Shown: piece after piece, positions 43,911 to 62,726 of the stretch
Position numbering within the stretch: position 1 is the stretch's first letter
How the letters are laid out: each line of letters opens with the position of its first letter
Source: Camelus ferus
Lineage: Eukaryota
Assembly (NCBI RefSeq): GCF_009834535.1
Contig: NC_045698.1
Location: 98,704,001-98,768,000 of the forward strand
Direction: 5' to 3'
Length of the DNA: 64,000 bases
The notes under the pieces: generated by a model
What the model saw: the letters and a program-made list of their open reading frames with translations, nothing else
Told to the model about the DNA's origin: nothing
Databases searched by the model: none
Made by a program: the position numbers and the translations under genes

Positions 43911-44522
43911 ATTGACACTTGGAAACTAAGGAAAAGAGAATGTCTTGCTTCTTACCATACTTTTATCTTATAAGGATAACCAATCTCCTTGCCATCAATA
44001 AATTATTTGGGGGAGATTATAAAAATAAGATAGAAGAAAGTGACACGTAGGATAAAACTAAAAGCTATGAAATTGATCACTTTTATAAGTTAGAATAAAA
44101 GCAAATAGAGTGAAATAACAATATACATCAAGCAGATATTTCAAGAATCTTCATATTACACTTTCTGCCACTCGCAATACTATCTTTCATTTGTATCACT
44201 TTCTATATATTATTTTATTTGGTCCTCAATTCTACTAACGCACGCAGGGAGAATGTTATTATGACCACTGGCTGAAAATGGAAACTAAAAGCACAATGCC
44301 AATAAACATCTTCAGCAAAATACCTCTGGCTTTGAGGAGTAAAAATCACTTTATTTAGATGGATAAAGTTCAAGTTCAAAGAAGTGGCAGCGAGAACTAA
44401 GATATAGAAAGTATTTAAAATATAAAAAATCCTTGTAAAATGGGAAGAATGAGTATCTGTACCAGGACAGTAGAATTGTCTTCTAGCTGGCTCTATATTT
44501 GAAGCTGATTTAGTAATCACTA

Positions 44523-44564
44523 ATGCAGTTCTGCAGCCGAGGCGCGGGGTGCCGCTGTTGGCTA
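44523..44564 (+). promoter_or_regulatory. PCDHGB3 promoter CSE (CTCF site, divergent 5' core)
   Basis: atgcag at 44523, ggcgcggggtgccgctgttggct, CGCT at 44553. Confidence 0.85.
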
Positions 44565-44778
44565 GTACTGGAGCTCCTCCTGACGCAAAGGAATCGCCCA
44601 AGGTCCGCGAAATCTCGAGAACTACGCACTTTCCCTCAGGCTTTCTGCCGTGGAAATATCTATCGGAGAAATCTGCCCGCCAGGACTTATCAAGGAGTCG
44701 CTCCTGCTCAGAAGTTCCTGAGATCATTTAGCGACCGCAGCTCTTCGGAATCAGAAAGGTAAAGGCACAGAGAGCGGG

Positions 44779-47199
<2,421 letters not shown>

Positions 47200-47699
47200 G
47201 TGAGTTACTTCAAAACCCTTTCTTCCCATAAGTATAATTAGGTTTCAATTCATTATTTTTGAGACCAAAAAGTATACAGGCTAGCTATGGCCTAATTTTT
47301 GTGTCTCCTTAATTTTTCTGGGCATAAAATGGGTTGGGGGTGTTAGAAATTGGTTGCTTATGTGTATTGCATTTGTTCTTTCACGGAATGTTGCTTAGTA
47401 TGGTCTTGAAATTTTTGTTAATTCTGAACAATATATCCTGAAATGTTTAAATACATTAATATCTCACATTATCATTGTAAGATATATTATCTGTATATAC
47501 TTAAGCACAAATCCAGACAATTAAGTGGTTAAACTATAACATAATTTTAACTATGTTTTATATATAATATAAATACAAAAATTCTTTTCACTGTAGCCTA
47601 AATATTTTCACTTACTTTGCATCTTTTTAAAAGTATACACAAATATTGGCTAAATTAGGGCAGTTACTAATCCATATGTTAATAAAAATAGGTAATGAG

Positions 47700-47847
47700 C
47701 TCAAGTGGTAGAGCACATGCTTAGCATACAGTAGATCCTGGGTTCAATCCCCAGTACCTCCTTTAAAAAAATAAATAACTAAACCTAATTAACTCCCCTT
47801 AAAAATAAATAAAAGTGCAATACATAAAAAATAATAAAATAAAAATC
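47700..47847 (+). mobile_element. 5'-truncated Vic-1-like SINE with a perfect 20-bp TSD
   Basis: ctcaagtggtagagcacatgcttagc...gggttcaatccccagtacctcc...cctaattaactcccc with A-rich tail; TSD taataaaaataggtaatgag at 47680-47699 and 47848-47867. Confidence 0.88.
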
Positions 47848-48198
47848 TAATAAAAATAGGTAATGAGGTCTAAAAATGACAGCTGTTGTAACCTAGTGGT
47901 AAATTGGTTCCAAATAGGCTTGTAGTTGTTGATGCCCTTATTTAAAATGAGACAAATATAAATGATGGTGTAGTGTGGATTTCAAGATTGGCAGAAAAGT
48001 GTAAAATTATTTGTGTTCTCTTAAGGCCTTAAGAGATGTCACAAAAATAAGTGACATTCCATGTAACAGATAAAAATTTTCAGAATAAGCTATTTTATTC
48101 TTCCAAATGCTTCTCATTCTTGGGGAGAGAAATATTGAGTGTTATCTATGCATATTTAGCAGAAATAAGATCCTATGTATGATGATTTACATAGGATG

Positions 48199-48239
48199 GT
48201 GCAGTATTAAGTTAGGACTCTAAGCGTCGCTGTTCACTA
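48199..48239 (+). promoter_or_regulatory. PCDHGA6 promoter CSE (CTCF site)
   Basis: gtgcag at 48199, ggactctaagcgtcgctgttcact, CGCT at 48228. Confidence 0.92.
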
Positions 48240-48462
48240 ACCCCGGGTAAGGAAAGCAATGAGAACTCAAGTTATATCCTCCAAGCACAAAGCAAATCAG
48301 ACAGGACAGCTCTGCAGCTGCGCAGAAATTCTGCCCTAGAGCGTTTCGCGTCTGGTCTCTGCTTGTTTATGGACCTTGACCTCCAATTCTGAGAAGCCCC
48401 AAATTGATGCGAACCTGTTCCACCTTACTCATAATCTCAGGGAAGTCCGGAACGAGCCAGCA

Positions 48463-50886
48463 ATGGCGGCTCTGCAAAGGCACCGGCACCACGGCGGGTT
48501 AGTCCTCCTCTTCCTGCTCCTGAGGACCCTATGGGGGGCCGGGGCCGGGCCGATCCGTTACTCCATTCCTGAGGAGCTGGACAAAGGCTCCTTCGTGGGC
48601 AACATCGCCAAGGATCTCGGGCTGGAGCTCCGGGAACTGGCAGGGCGCGGAGTCCGCGTCGTCTCCAGAGGTAGGACACAGCTTTTCGCTCTGAACATGC
48701 AAAGCGGCAACTTGATCACCGCGGGCAGGATAGACCGGGAGGAGCTCTGCGCGCAGAGCGTGCCCTGTCTGGTGAGTTTTAACATCCTCGTTGAGGATAA
48801 ATTGAATCTTTATCCCGTAGAAGTGGAAATAGTGGACATTAATGACAATGCACCCCGATTCTTACGGGAAGAATTGGAAGTGAAAATTATCGAAAACGCA
48901 GCCCTATCCTCTCGGTTTCCACTAATGGAGGTCTTTGACCCGGATGTGGGAGTGAACTCTCTCCAGGGCTTCAAGCTTAGCGGGAACAGTCATTTCTCAG
49001 TGGATGTGCGAAGCAAAGACGATGGGCTCAAATACCCTGAGCTGGTGCTGGAGGGGGCCCTGGATCGGGAGGGAGAGGCCATTCACCACCTGGTCCTTAC
49101 TGCCATCGATGGTGGTGACCCTGTCCTCTCAGGTGTGGCTCGAATTCTGGTAACTGTCCTAGATGCAAATGACAATGCTCCGGTGTTTACTCAGCCTGTG
49201 TACCGTGTGAGTGTTCCTGAAAACCTGCCAGTAGGTACAACAGTGTTATCGGTAAATGCCACGGACCAGGATGAAGGAGTCCATGCAGAAGTAACATATT
49301 CTTTTGTGAGGATAGCAGAAAAGATCTCAAAGACTTTCTGCTTGAATGTTTTCACTGGAGAAATATCAACTTCTGCAAATCTAGACTATGAGGACTCTAG
49401 CTTTTATGAGCTGGATGTTGAAGCCCGGGATCGGCCAGGTCTACTAGACAGAGCAAAAGTTTTAGTAACTATCTTGGATGTGAATGACAATGTGCCAGAA
49501 GTGGTAGTTACATCTGGAAGCAGATCAGTTGCTGAAAATACACCTCCAGGAACAGTGATCGCTCTTTTTCAAGTATACGATCGAGACTCTGGGCTGAATG
49601 GCCTGGTAACGTGTTCTATCCCAAGAAGTCTGCCATTTGAACTGGAAAAATCCATAGACAATTATTATCAATTAGTGACCAATACAGTTCTAGATCGAGA
49701 GCAAGTGTCCTTGTACAACATCACTGTGACAGCCACAGACAAAGGAATGCCGCCCCTGTCTACAGAAACTCTCATCTCCCTAAACGTGGCAGACACCAAT
49801 GACAACCCACCTGCCTTCCTCCACTCCTCCTACTCTGTCTACATCCCTGAAAACAACGCCAGAGGGGCCTCCATCTTCTCCATAACTGCACATGACCCTG
49901 ACAGCCATGAGAATGCCCAGATCACATACTCTCTTTCTGAAGGCACCATCCAGGGGGTACCTATCTCTTCATACATCTCCATCAACTCTGACACCGGCAT
50001 CCTATATGCATTGCACTCCTTCGACTATGAGCAGTTCCGTGACCTGCAATTGAGAGTGACTGCAAGTGACAGTGGGGACCCACCACTCAGCAGTAATGTG
50101 TCACTGAGCATATTCGTGCTGGACCAGAATGACAACACACCTGAGATTCTGTATCCCACCTTCCCCACTGACGGTTCCACGGGGGTGGAGCTGGCACCTC
50201 GCTCTGCAGAGCCCGGCTACCTGGTGACCAAGGTGGTGGCGGTGGACAGAGACTCAGGCCAGAACGCCTGGCTGTCCTATCGCCTGCTCAAGGCCAGCGA
50301 GCCAGGGCTCTTCGCGGTGGGGCTGCACACGGGCGAGGTGCGCACAGCGCGGGCCCTGCTGGACAGAGATGCGCTCAAGCAGAGCCTGGTGGTGGCAGTG
50401 CAGGACCATGGGCAGCCCCCTCTCTCTGCCACTGTCACGCTCACGGTGGCCGTGGCTGACAGCATCCCAGACGTCCTGGCTGACTTGGGCAGCCTGGAAG
50501 TCCCACAGGACTCTGATGCTTCAGGCCTCACGCTGTACCTGGTGGTGGCGGTGGCCGCGGTCTCCTGCGTCTTCCTGGTCTTTGTCATCATGCTGTTGGC
50601 GCTCAGGCTGAGGCGCTGGCACACGTCGCGCGTGCTGCAGGCTTCAGGAGGCGGACTGGCGGGCGTACCCGCCTCTCAGTTCGTGGGCGTGGACGGGGTG
50701 CGGGCTTTCCTGCAGACCTATTCCCACGAGGTGTCGCTCACCGCGGACTCGCGGAAGAGTCACGTGATCTTCCCGCAGCCCAACTACGCGGACACGCTCA
50801 TCAGCCAGGAGAGCTGTGGGAAAAGCGAGCCTCTTTTGATTCAGGAAGATTCAGATTTTTATAAAGAGCAAGATTCCCTTGTTCAG
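48463..50886 (+). CDS. PCDHGA6: Protocadherin gamma-A6 variable exon
   Basis: [46 protein letters not shown] match GA6; 808 codons, no gap; donor CAG|GTGAGG after 50886. Confidence 0.94.
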
Positions 50887-53800
50887 GTGAGGTTATTACT
50901 TTTTATTTATTTTATTTGAATGGGAAAAATTAAATTTATCTTTGATTAGTCCTTAGTTTTATTAGTCTTTCAGTTAATCATATAGTTTGGGGGAGGTTTT
51001 TCTTTTACATCAGTAGAAGTCTATTAAATCTTAGTTTTCTCGAATTTCTCTCTCTCACACACACACAAACACAGAGACACAAATCTTAATAAGGTATGCC
51101 CTGAATTTCCTTTGCTTTTCTTCTCTTAGCAAAGTTCTTTGTGCCTTTGGCTATGTACATCTCACTTCTTAGGTTTTTTTTTTTTTCTCTATTATGTGAC
51201 ATAGAGATTCTTTATTTTTCTAATGTGAAAAAATGGATCACAGCCTGTGTTTAAAAAAAATAATCAAGATCTTGGTTTTTTCCCAGTGTTAACTTATAGC
51301 AAATGTTTTCTAAAATGATGGAATCTAGGGGAGATATTCCCTCTTCACTACTTAGGAATCAAAAATTATTTTTATAAAAGATAAGAGTAACTGATGTGTG
51401 TACTAGGAAACAACTGATCTTTGATTTTAGAAGGCTTCAGTAATATTCCTGGAACTATCTTTTTGGACCAGTCGCAATATCTATAGTTTTCAATTTAAAT
51501 TTAAGTTAAAACAACTTGTCTTATCTACCTCACACAAACTCTGGGAAAATAAAATAATTCCATTAAAAAATTTTTTTTCAAACTATAAAGCAGTATAGTG
51601 AGCAAGTATTTGCTGACATCACCATTATAATTTTGGATTGTTAATAAATATATGTAAGCACCTGGTGCTGTATGCCTACTACAGTATTTTCTGCAATCTC
51701 TGTGTTTGATAGGATTTTTAAATGCGCTAATTAGGGTCCACTTACAAGATATATCTATAAAAATAGAGAACTAGTGAATGGGAGAATAAAGGATTAATAG
51801 TGTTCAAATAAGAATTTAAATAACTCAGTGTATTTAACCTAGATAAAATAGAGCCTTTGTCATGTAGGAATTCTATTCAAATATTCAACAAAAGGAGGGT
51901 TGTCATTTAAAAGCATGATTACTCTATTTCATCATGGCCCAAAGATGTGAATGAACCTATGGCTTCATGTATAGGAAAAAAACGAAGTTTTGAGTCGTTA
52001 AAGTTGTTCTAACAGAAAATGGATTGTCTAGGAGCTGGGAGATTCTATTACTGGTGCTTTGCAAAAGTAAGTGGATGGCCCTGGGATTAACGGAATAAAG
52101 GAGATAATATAATTTGATGAGTTGTTGAACTTCATGATACCCAAAGTATTTTCCAATCCTGAGTTTAGGATTCTGTTATTGGTAATACAATGGACTTGCC
52201 ACTTGTTCATCTAAATTTGGTATGCATGTGTAAAATAGACAATTCAGAAGATACCTTGAAAATGAATGAGAACCTCCTTCGTAATTTGAATTTGTCAGTA
52301 TGGGTAAACAAATATAATATTGAGTAGATGTCTTTAAGTTAACTGCTAATGGTAATTAATGCGTGTTTTTCCTAAATCAATATTGTGGTATTTACATTTC
52401 AGCAATTATTTTAGAATTATTTATTTCAAAATTCCAAATGTATATGACTAGCCAAGAGATTCCAATCATACACATTTCGAATATAATTTGTTTGGACATT
52501 TGTGATATAATTCTTTGATGGTTTAATCAGAATTTAATAGTAAATATTTTAAAGAACTTGAATCTTGAGTATTAGTTGTGGGAGTTAGATGGTCTCATAT
52601 GCAAATGTTAAGATTTGTTTCATACACTCTTAAGAGTATAAATGTTATTTCAGTATATCACCCATACTGGATGATTTAAACTAATCTTGTACCTCCATTG
52701 CTAAAAGCAAAACTCATTAACTGGTTTTCATGGATGGTAGATTGGTTTATATTATTTCTTTTTCTGCTCACTAACTGGGATACTAGGCTGGCTTATTTTA
52801 TTCTCTTATCTGAGTTACCCGTGAGCATTTCATTTAAACAAATAAAATATTTTACTGACAGAAAAACTGTTAGATTCTACTCTCACAATAGTTATTCATT
52901 CATGTGGACTGACCAAGTGTTAACTCTGGCAGTCATGGAACTTGCTAAGTTGTAACTGAGGCTTATTCACTTACATGCCCTACAGATCATTGTTAATAAG
53001 ACAGGCAGTCTGAGATTTTGAGCATATACTAATTTGAAAGCACTGGGAAAAAATCTACCAAATTATTGAGGCTATTTTATCAACTGTGAAAACCACCCAT
53101 TCTGATCAAACATTTGGGTTGGGGGTCAGAGGGCAAGGCGTAAATCTCAGAGAGAATCACTGGGGGAAAAACCTACATCTTTGCCTGGGAATGAAAACCT
53201 AAACAGAACTCCAAACAAGTGGTTCTTCAATAGAAAAAAGGTTCCATACAGAAAGGAGAGAAGATAAATAACTCACTGATGGGAAGTCTAATAGATTTTC
53301 CATATACTTTTTTATACAAGTAAACAAATCAAAGTCAAGATTCTTCCTAATAACTCAATCAATAATAACATACTCACTTTAAACATACAACATTATTTCA
53401 ATTTTATACAGTAGTTTTGTGTTATATTTAAACATATCTGTTGGTCTAGTAGAGATCTTTAGTATTTAACTTTGTGTTGTAGAGTAACTTAGAAAACTTG
53501 ATTATCTCCTTTATCTAGATCTTACTTATTTAACTCCAAAGAAGGTACCCAGAAGTACTAAGTTAATTAAGACTTTTTAAAAACAGTAGAATAAGAGACA
53601 AATGTGAGATGACACTATGAAGTATAAGGTAGAAAAAAAATCATGACATTGGGAGCCATAACATATGGACGTGAAAGTGTTATTTGAAAATGTCTGCAAA
53701 TACTTATGATCTTTAATGACCATGTACTTTGCTTATATTAACAAGAAATTCAAGGTTGCTACTAAACAAATAGTTTTAAATTCCTGTTTATGTAATTAAT

Positions 53801-54854
53801 CTGCAATACTCATATTGGTTCCTTTGAACCAAAAAAAAGTTCTTTTATCTACTTGGTGAAAGCATATATGACATGAATTATTTTGATAGATTGAAACGGC
53901 ATTTCATTCAAAGTATTTCCTATGTTTTGAAGTAATGCCATCAGAGAGCGGAAATAGATTACTTAGAAATTTCTCACCAACTAAGCTAAACATTTTCAGT
54001 GTTACTTCTAATTCTTCCTCTTGGTGCTGCTAGCTACTCCCCGGGCTTAAAACAATTTACAAAGCAAGGCTATTTCTTGCCAGGTCTTCATTTCAGAACA
54101 GGTCACTCTCTTCTGCAGCTATGTGGAAGGAACTTTGTTTTCTTTCTACCAGCTGAAGGTAACCTCAGATCCATCAACAACTGAGTTTTGCTTCATTAAA
54201 ATCAGTGGAGCAGTGAGTACCTCTAAGGATCTTCTCAGGACAGTCCTGCATGTATGCTCAAAGGCTGTTTAGAGACCTATCTTTTCTCAGTTATTCTGGA
54301 ATAGGGTAGGACGATTATTCAAATTGCATAATGAAAAGATGCCATCAAGCCAACACCTATTTCCTTATGAATCCACAGCCAGTAGAATCTCTGCAAATTT
54401 CTGCCATCTGTACAAAATGAGTTGCTTCTGTAGCTGATTGCTGCTGCTTGGCTTCTCATTTCATTTCTAATGGCACTTTTGGAGCGTAGAGCATCAGTGA
54501 AGGCAAATAATGATTCCCTGGTTTCTTCTTAGAAGACTGGGAGTGAGGGTGTTTGTATTCCTACATCGATTCTACTATTATATAGTCAAGGTTAAAGCAA
54601 TTCTCTCTCATTTTAAAAATCATTCAAATGAAGACATTGGACTAAACAATCTCTAAGGTTCCTTTCAATAAAAAGCTTTATTAAATTACCTTTCTATATA
54701 TTAAAGAAATTTTTGACTCTCCGCCTTACCTTGTGGTGTCTAGAACATAGTATATGTTCAATATTATTGAAGTAATTTAAATTTATTATATACTGATATA
54801 AACAGCTTCTATATAACATCTTATGTATACACACATCTTTTAAAAATAAATCAT

Positions 54855-54995
54855 ACTTCACTGATGAGCGATGTGGAGGGTAGGGGAGTATATATGTGTG
54901 GGTGGGGAGGGCTATGTGTGAACCTCTGTGTTTTCTGATCAATTCTTCCGTGAACCTGAAACCACTCTAAAAAAATCAAGTCTACTAATTAAAAA
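54855..54995 (+). mobile_element. L1MB/MC-like extreme 3' end
   Basis: gaacctctgtgttttctgatcaattcttccgtgaacctgaaaccactctaaaaaaatcaagtcta. Confidence 0.6.
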
Positions 54996-55290
54996 AAGAA
55001 AGAAGAAATCATATTGTTATTTACCTGCAATAACTGATTTTTATCTATGTGCAATAAAGTGTGAGGCAATGTCTAAGAATCATTTCAAAGTTGCAATGCA
55101 AAGCAGATAATTTTTTAAAATTATCTGGGATTAATAAACACCCATCCATGAATGTTGTTGCATTAATTCACACTTTATTAAAATTCATTTTTAAATAATA
55201 TCAGAGATGTATGAATTGAAGAAATATAAATGGGAGAACTTTGAAGGATAAAACAACTTTCTGAAGAATCAATTATTTTGATTCAATATG

Positions 55291-55332
55291 GTGCAGTAGC
55301 TTAGTAAGGACTCTGAGCGCCGCTGTTCACCA
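55291..55332 (+). promoter_or_regulatory. PCDHGA7 promoter CSE (CTCF site)
   Basis: gtgcag at 55291, ggactctgagcgccgctgttcacc, CGCT at 55321. Confidence 0.92.
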
Positions 55333-55547
55333 ACCGGGGGAAAAGTGGTTCCAAGATCCGCTGAGCTTGTACAGCACAAAGAAACGCCAGATTGAGACAA
55401 ACTCTGTTTCAAGCTGCACTAAGCTCGGGCCTCTATAGTATTGGATTCTGGGTTCCTTTTCCAAACACAGAGCGCTCCACGCAGATATACCGGCATCCAG
55501 AAGCACAACAAGAGCTGGTCCAGTGTCTAAAGATCAGCAGGGCAAGA

Positions 55548-57971
55548 ATGGCGGCTCGGCAGAGGGGCGGAGATTACAGAGGATTCATCCTTCTCTCCAT
55601 CCTCCTGGGGACCCAGAGGGAAGTCTTTGCAGGACGTATTCTCTACTCCGTGCTGGAGGAGACAGACACGGGTTCTTTTGTGGGTAATATCGCCAAGGAT
55701 CTGGGACTGGAGCCCCAGGAGCTGACGGAGCGCGGAGTCCGTATCGTCTCCAGAGGTAGGACGCAGCTCTTTGCTCTGAGCCCGAGAAGCGGCAGCTTAG
55801 TCACCGCGGGCAGGATAGACCGGGAGGAGCTCTGCGCACAGACTGCGCAGTGTCTGGTGAACTTTAACATCCTGATGGAAGATAAAATGAATCTTTACCC
55901 TATAGAAGTGGAAATAATGGATGTTAATGACAACACTCCTACATTCTTGACAGAAGAAATGAATGTAAAAATAATGGAGAATACAGCTCCTGGGGTGCGG
56001 TTTCCCTTAATAGAGGCTAGGGATCTGGATGTGGGCACAAACTCCCTCCAGAGCTACCATCTCAACCCCAGTCATCACTTCTCTCTTGTTGTGCAAACTG
56101 GAGACGATGGAACTAAATATCCGGAATTAGTGCTGGAGCGTGTGCTGGACCGGGAGGAAGTGGCAGCTCACCACCTCCTCCTCACAGCCACAGACGGCGG
56201 TGACCCACCACGATCTGGAACTGCCCGCGTCCAAGTAACAGTGGTAGATGTAAATGATCATGCGCCAGTCTTCTCTTTGCCCCAGTATGAAGTAACTGTC
56301 CCTGAGAACGTGCCAGTGGGCACAAAATTACTCACGGTAAACGCTATAGACCTGGATGAGGGAGTCAATGGGGAAGTGATGTATTCTTTTAGGAAAATAA
56401 CTCCAAAAATTCTACAGATATTCCAGCTGAATTCCCACACAGGAGAATTGTCAACTGCAGAAGGCCTAGATTATGAAGAATCCGGCTACTATGAAATGGA
56501 AGTTCAAGCTCAGGACGGTCCTGGTAGTACGACAAGGGCTAAAGTATTGATCACAGTTTTAGATGTGAATGACAATGCCCCAGAAGTGACTGTAACATCT
56601 GTAAGTAGCCCAATCCCTGAAGACACACCTCCTGGAACAGTAGTTGCTCTTTTCTACCTTCAAGACAGAGATTCTGGGAGGAATGGCCAAGTGACCTGCA
56701 CTATTTCAGAAAATCTACCTTTTAAATTAGAAAGATCAATAGACAATTATTACAGATTGGTGACAGCAAAAAAACTAGACTGGGAAAAATTCTCTGTGTA
56801 TAACATCACACTGAAAGCCACAGATAGTGGAACACCACCCTTATCCATGGAAATTCACATCTCCATGAGTGTGGCAGATACCAATGACAACCCACCTGCC
56901 TTCCTCCACTCCTCCTACTCTGTCTACATCCCTGAAAACAACGCCAGAGGGGCCTCCATCTTCTCTGTGACTGCACACGACCCTGACAGCGATGAGAATG
57001 CCCGTGTCACGTACTCCCTGTCTGAGGACACCATCCAGGGGGTACCTATCTCTTCATACATCTCCATCAACTCTGACACCGGCATCCTATATGCATTGCA
57101 CTCCTTCGACTATGAGCAGTTCCGTGACCTGCAATTGAGAGTGACTGCAAGTGACAGTGGGGACCCACCACTCAGCAGTAATGTGTCACTGAGCATATTC
57201 GTGCTGGACCAGAATGACAACACACCTGAGATTCTGTATCCCACCTTCCCCACTGACGGTTCCACGGNNNNNNNNNNNNNNNNNNNNNNNNNNNNNNNNN
57301 NNNNNNNNNNNNNNNNNNNNNNNNNNNNNNNNNNNNNNNNNNNNNNNNNNNNNNNNNNNNNNNNNNNNNNNNNNNNNNNNNNNNNNNNNNNNNNNNNNNN
57401 NNTGGGGCTGCACACGGGCGAGGTGCGCACAGCGCGGGCCCTGCTGGACAGAGATGCGCTCAAGCAGAGCCTGGTGGTGGCAGTGCAGGACCATGGGCAG
57501 CCCCCTCTCTCTGCCACTGTCACGCTCACGGTGGCCGTGGCTGACAGCATCCCAGACGTCCTGGCTGACTTGGGCAGCCTGGAAGTCCCACAGGACTCTG
57601 ATGCTTCAGGCCTCACGCTGTACCTGGTGGTGGCGGTGGCCGCGGTCTCCTGCGTCTTCCTGGCCTTTGTCATCATGCTGCTGGCGCTCAGGCTGAGGCG
57701 CTGGCACACGTCGCGCGTGCTGCAGGCTTCAGGAGGCGGACTGGCGGGCGTACCCGCCTCTCAGTTCGTGGGCGTGGACGGGGTGCGGGCTTTCCTGCAG
57801 ACCTATTCCCACGAGGTGTCGCTCACCGCGGACTCGCGGAAGAGTCACGTGATCTTCCCGCAGCCCAACTACGCGGACACGCTCATCAGCCAGGAGAGCT
57901 GTGGGAAAAAGGATCCCTTGTTAACATCCGTAGATTTTCAGGAATATAAGGATGGAACCCAAAATATTCAG
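55548..57971 (+). CDS. PCDHGA7: Protocadherin gamma-A7 variable exon
   Basis: [53 protein letters not shown] match GA7; 808 codons; donor CAG|GTGAGT after 57971; N-gap 57268-57402. Confidence 0.94.
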
Positions 57972-58374
57972 GTGAGTTCAGGCATTCATTTATCTTTACA
58001 TCCTCGAAGAATTATATTTTGTGCAAATGTCTTTGTTTTGCGAAATAAGTGATTTGAAAATGGGCTAAAAAAAAACCTATCGCGTGGTAAGGCAAGATTA
58101 ATGGTTTATTTCAGTGGTGATTCTTTAACATGGAACACTTACTGACATAGGTTTTGGTATCATATTCATTCATAGTGAAAGTGTATGGACAAGATCATGA
58201 ATAGTGGATTATCCCATTTTTGTACCTTCTACTTATGTTCCACACAGTGTTCTTAATTCATATATTTTATAAATGAGAATGAATTGTTATGTGTTTTTCA
58301 CTGCACGAGGTGAGCAAGAGGTGGCCTTCTCAGGATTCTCTTTAGATCAGATCTATAGAAGGTTCTTTAAGTTG

Positions 58375-58393
58375 TTTTTTTTTTTTTTTTTTT
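58375..58393. repeat. Poly-T run (19 nt)
   Basis: Direct reading of the sequence. Confidence 0.9.
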
Positions 58394-59994
58394 GCTGTGC
58401 CCCTGCTTCTGATTCCATGTATGTCCACTTGGTGGCCTTGAAATTCTCAGTGGCTCTTGACCTATTTAAACCAAAATAATCTATTAACATCAGTTTCTGG
58501 TAGATTAGATTGATGCCTAAAGAATGAAATGTGTCTGTGTGTAGCTTCACTGAGATCTTTTATCAATGACAGACATGGAGTCTAATGCTGCACTAAAGGT
58601 CATTGTCCAAAACCAATAAAATATGACATCAAATACAATGTCATTTCTAGTGTTATAACTAACACTTATGAAATAGGCCATTGCATGTTTTTACCCCAAA
58701 TTCCAATGTGCTGTTTTAGTGGGGCAGTCATATGAAGTGTGTATATTGGCTCTCCAAGTGGGAGATTTGGGATGCTGGCTTTGTGAAATAGCTATCTCAT
58801 ACACTACTAGTAGTGAAATTTACTTATTGGAGCTGCTGAATAATTCAGTTAGAAGTAATCCAATCAGGAGTTAACTACTTCTATACTTGTTGTATAACAT
58901 TTTGAGTAAAACTTGATAATCAGTTGATTAGTATCACGAAGTAGTTGATCACAAGGTAACCTTGTTTACTGGGATCTTTTAAGTATTAATTAAAAGCATA
59001 CTTTTCTAGCATCATGTTGTGTTAGGTGGTATTTTGCATATAAAGGTCTGTGCAATCATGTGGGGGTACATGTCATACCTTCTGCAGTGTTCAGATGTAT
59101 AATACTTGGGGAGAGGACAGTGCTACTTACACTTTGTGAGGCAGAAATGTGGCTATCAGTTATTTTGAAAAAGAACCCCCTAACCAAATTTATTAAGTGC
59201 TTAAAAATATTTTTAAATAAAGGGAATACATCACTAAGCTCAGTGAACTATTGCAAATAAACTTTCTAGGGGCTATGTCCTTCAGCTGAGGTCATTATGG
59301 GATGTGGTAAGTACAGAAGTGGGAACAAATGCCTCAGTGCAGTAGACCATGGTTAGTGACTTTGTATTGCAAGGCAAAATATTATCCCCCTGGTAGTCTT
59401 GAAGATTCATGTTATACTTCTTACCTGGGAAAATAATTATGCGGTGTGAAGGAGGAGGATAGCTTCTTTTCAAAAAGGCTACATCATTTCCTTAAGTGAG
59501 ATCATGGAAATGAAAATCAACTAATGTTACTATAAAGAAATCACGAAAATTATTTTGGAAGAAGAGAAGTGTTTGGAGGTAAGTATAAATTGTGCCCTTT
59601 TAAAAGGTATAATTTCAGCATTCCTGATGCTCACTGAAAAACTGAAATGAATTAGCATGGAAGGGCAGAAAAGTAAAGAAAAATAAGGGAAAGGGGACAA
59701 GGAAAGATGGATAAAATTTTATCCATTATATTCCTTAGATCATTTAGGCTAAGTCTCTGTTATAGTTGACATTCCATTACGGTGCCGATTTTAAGATTGG
59801 GGAATAATTATATCAAGATATAGATGTTTATATATTAAGTCTACCTGATTTACCTAAAAACCTGGGAAGTTGGGGTAATGACTTTTCTAATAATACAAAT
59901 TAAATATTATTAATTATACAGACATCTAAAAAAAGTTTGTTCAGCGGGCATACGATAATAATTATGGTAGCTGGTTAAACTGAAGCAGCAGGGG

Positions 59995-60036
59995 CTGCAG
60001 TTTCCTAGTGCGGACTCTGGGCGCCGCTGTTGGCCA
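59995..60036 (+). promoter_or_regulatory. PCDHGB4 promoter CSE (CTCF site)
   Basis: ctgcag at 59995, ggactctgggcgccgctgttggcc, CGCT at 60025. Confidence 0.92.
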
Positions 60037-60265
60037 AAGTGGAGAGCTCGGTGCTGGCCTCCTCGCGCAGCCGCAGCGCACTTTCCCCAGCTCAGACTCG
60101 CTAACATTGAGCCATTCCACCGCTTCCTCCTCTGGAAAGGAAGAAACCCTGCCTGACCCCCACGCCAGAAATAAAGCTGTTCGGAGCTCCGGACGACTGC
60201 AACACAGAGATTATCTGTAACCCGGCGTCTCCAGGCCGGTGAGCAAACTGAGGGGAGCAAGAGGG

Positions 60266-62662
<2,397 letters not shown>

Positions 62663-62726
62663 GTGAGTTTCCTGTAAGTATAACCTTCTTATGGTCTAGA
62701 CAGTGCTCCATATTCACAGGAAAATA

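Noticed and set aside
48376-55547. N-terminal extensions of GA6 (from 48376) and GA7 (from 55392) in the ORF track
   Set aside because: They start at TTG codons chosen by the ORF caller. The real starts are the strong-context ATGs at 48463 and 55548, immediately before the signal peptides.
58302-58327. CTCF-like motif gagcaagaggtggcc with an upstream tgcac between GA7 and GB4
   Set aside because: Module spacing (10 bp) does not fit, there is no CGCT box and no associated exon; too weak without a PWM scan or ChIP data.
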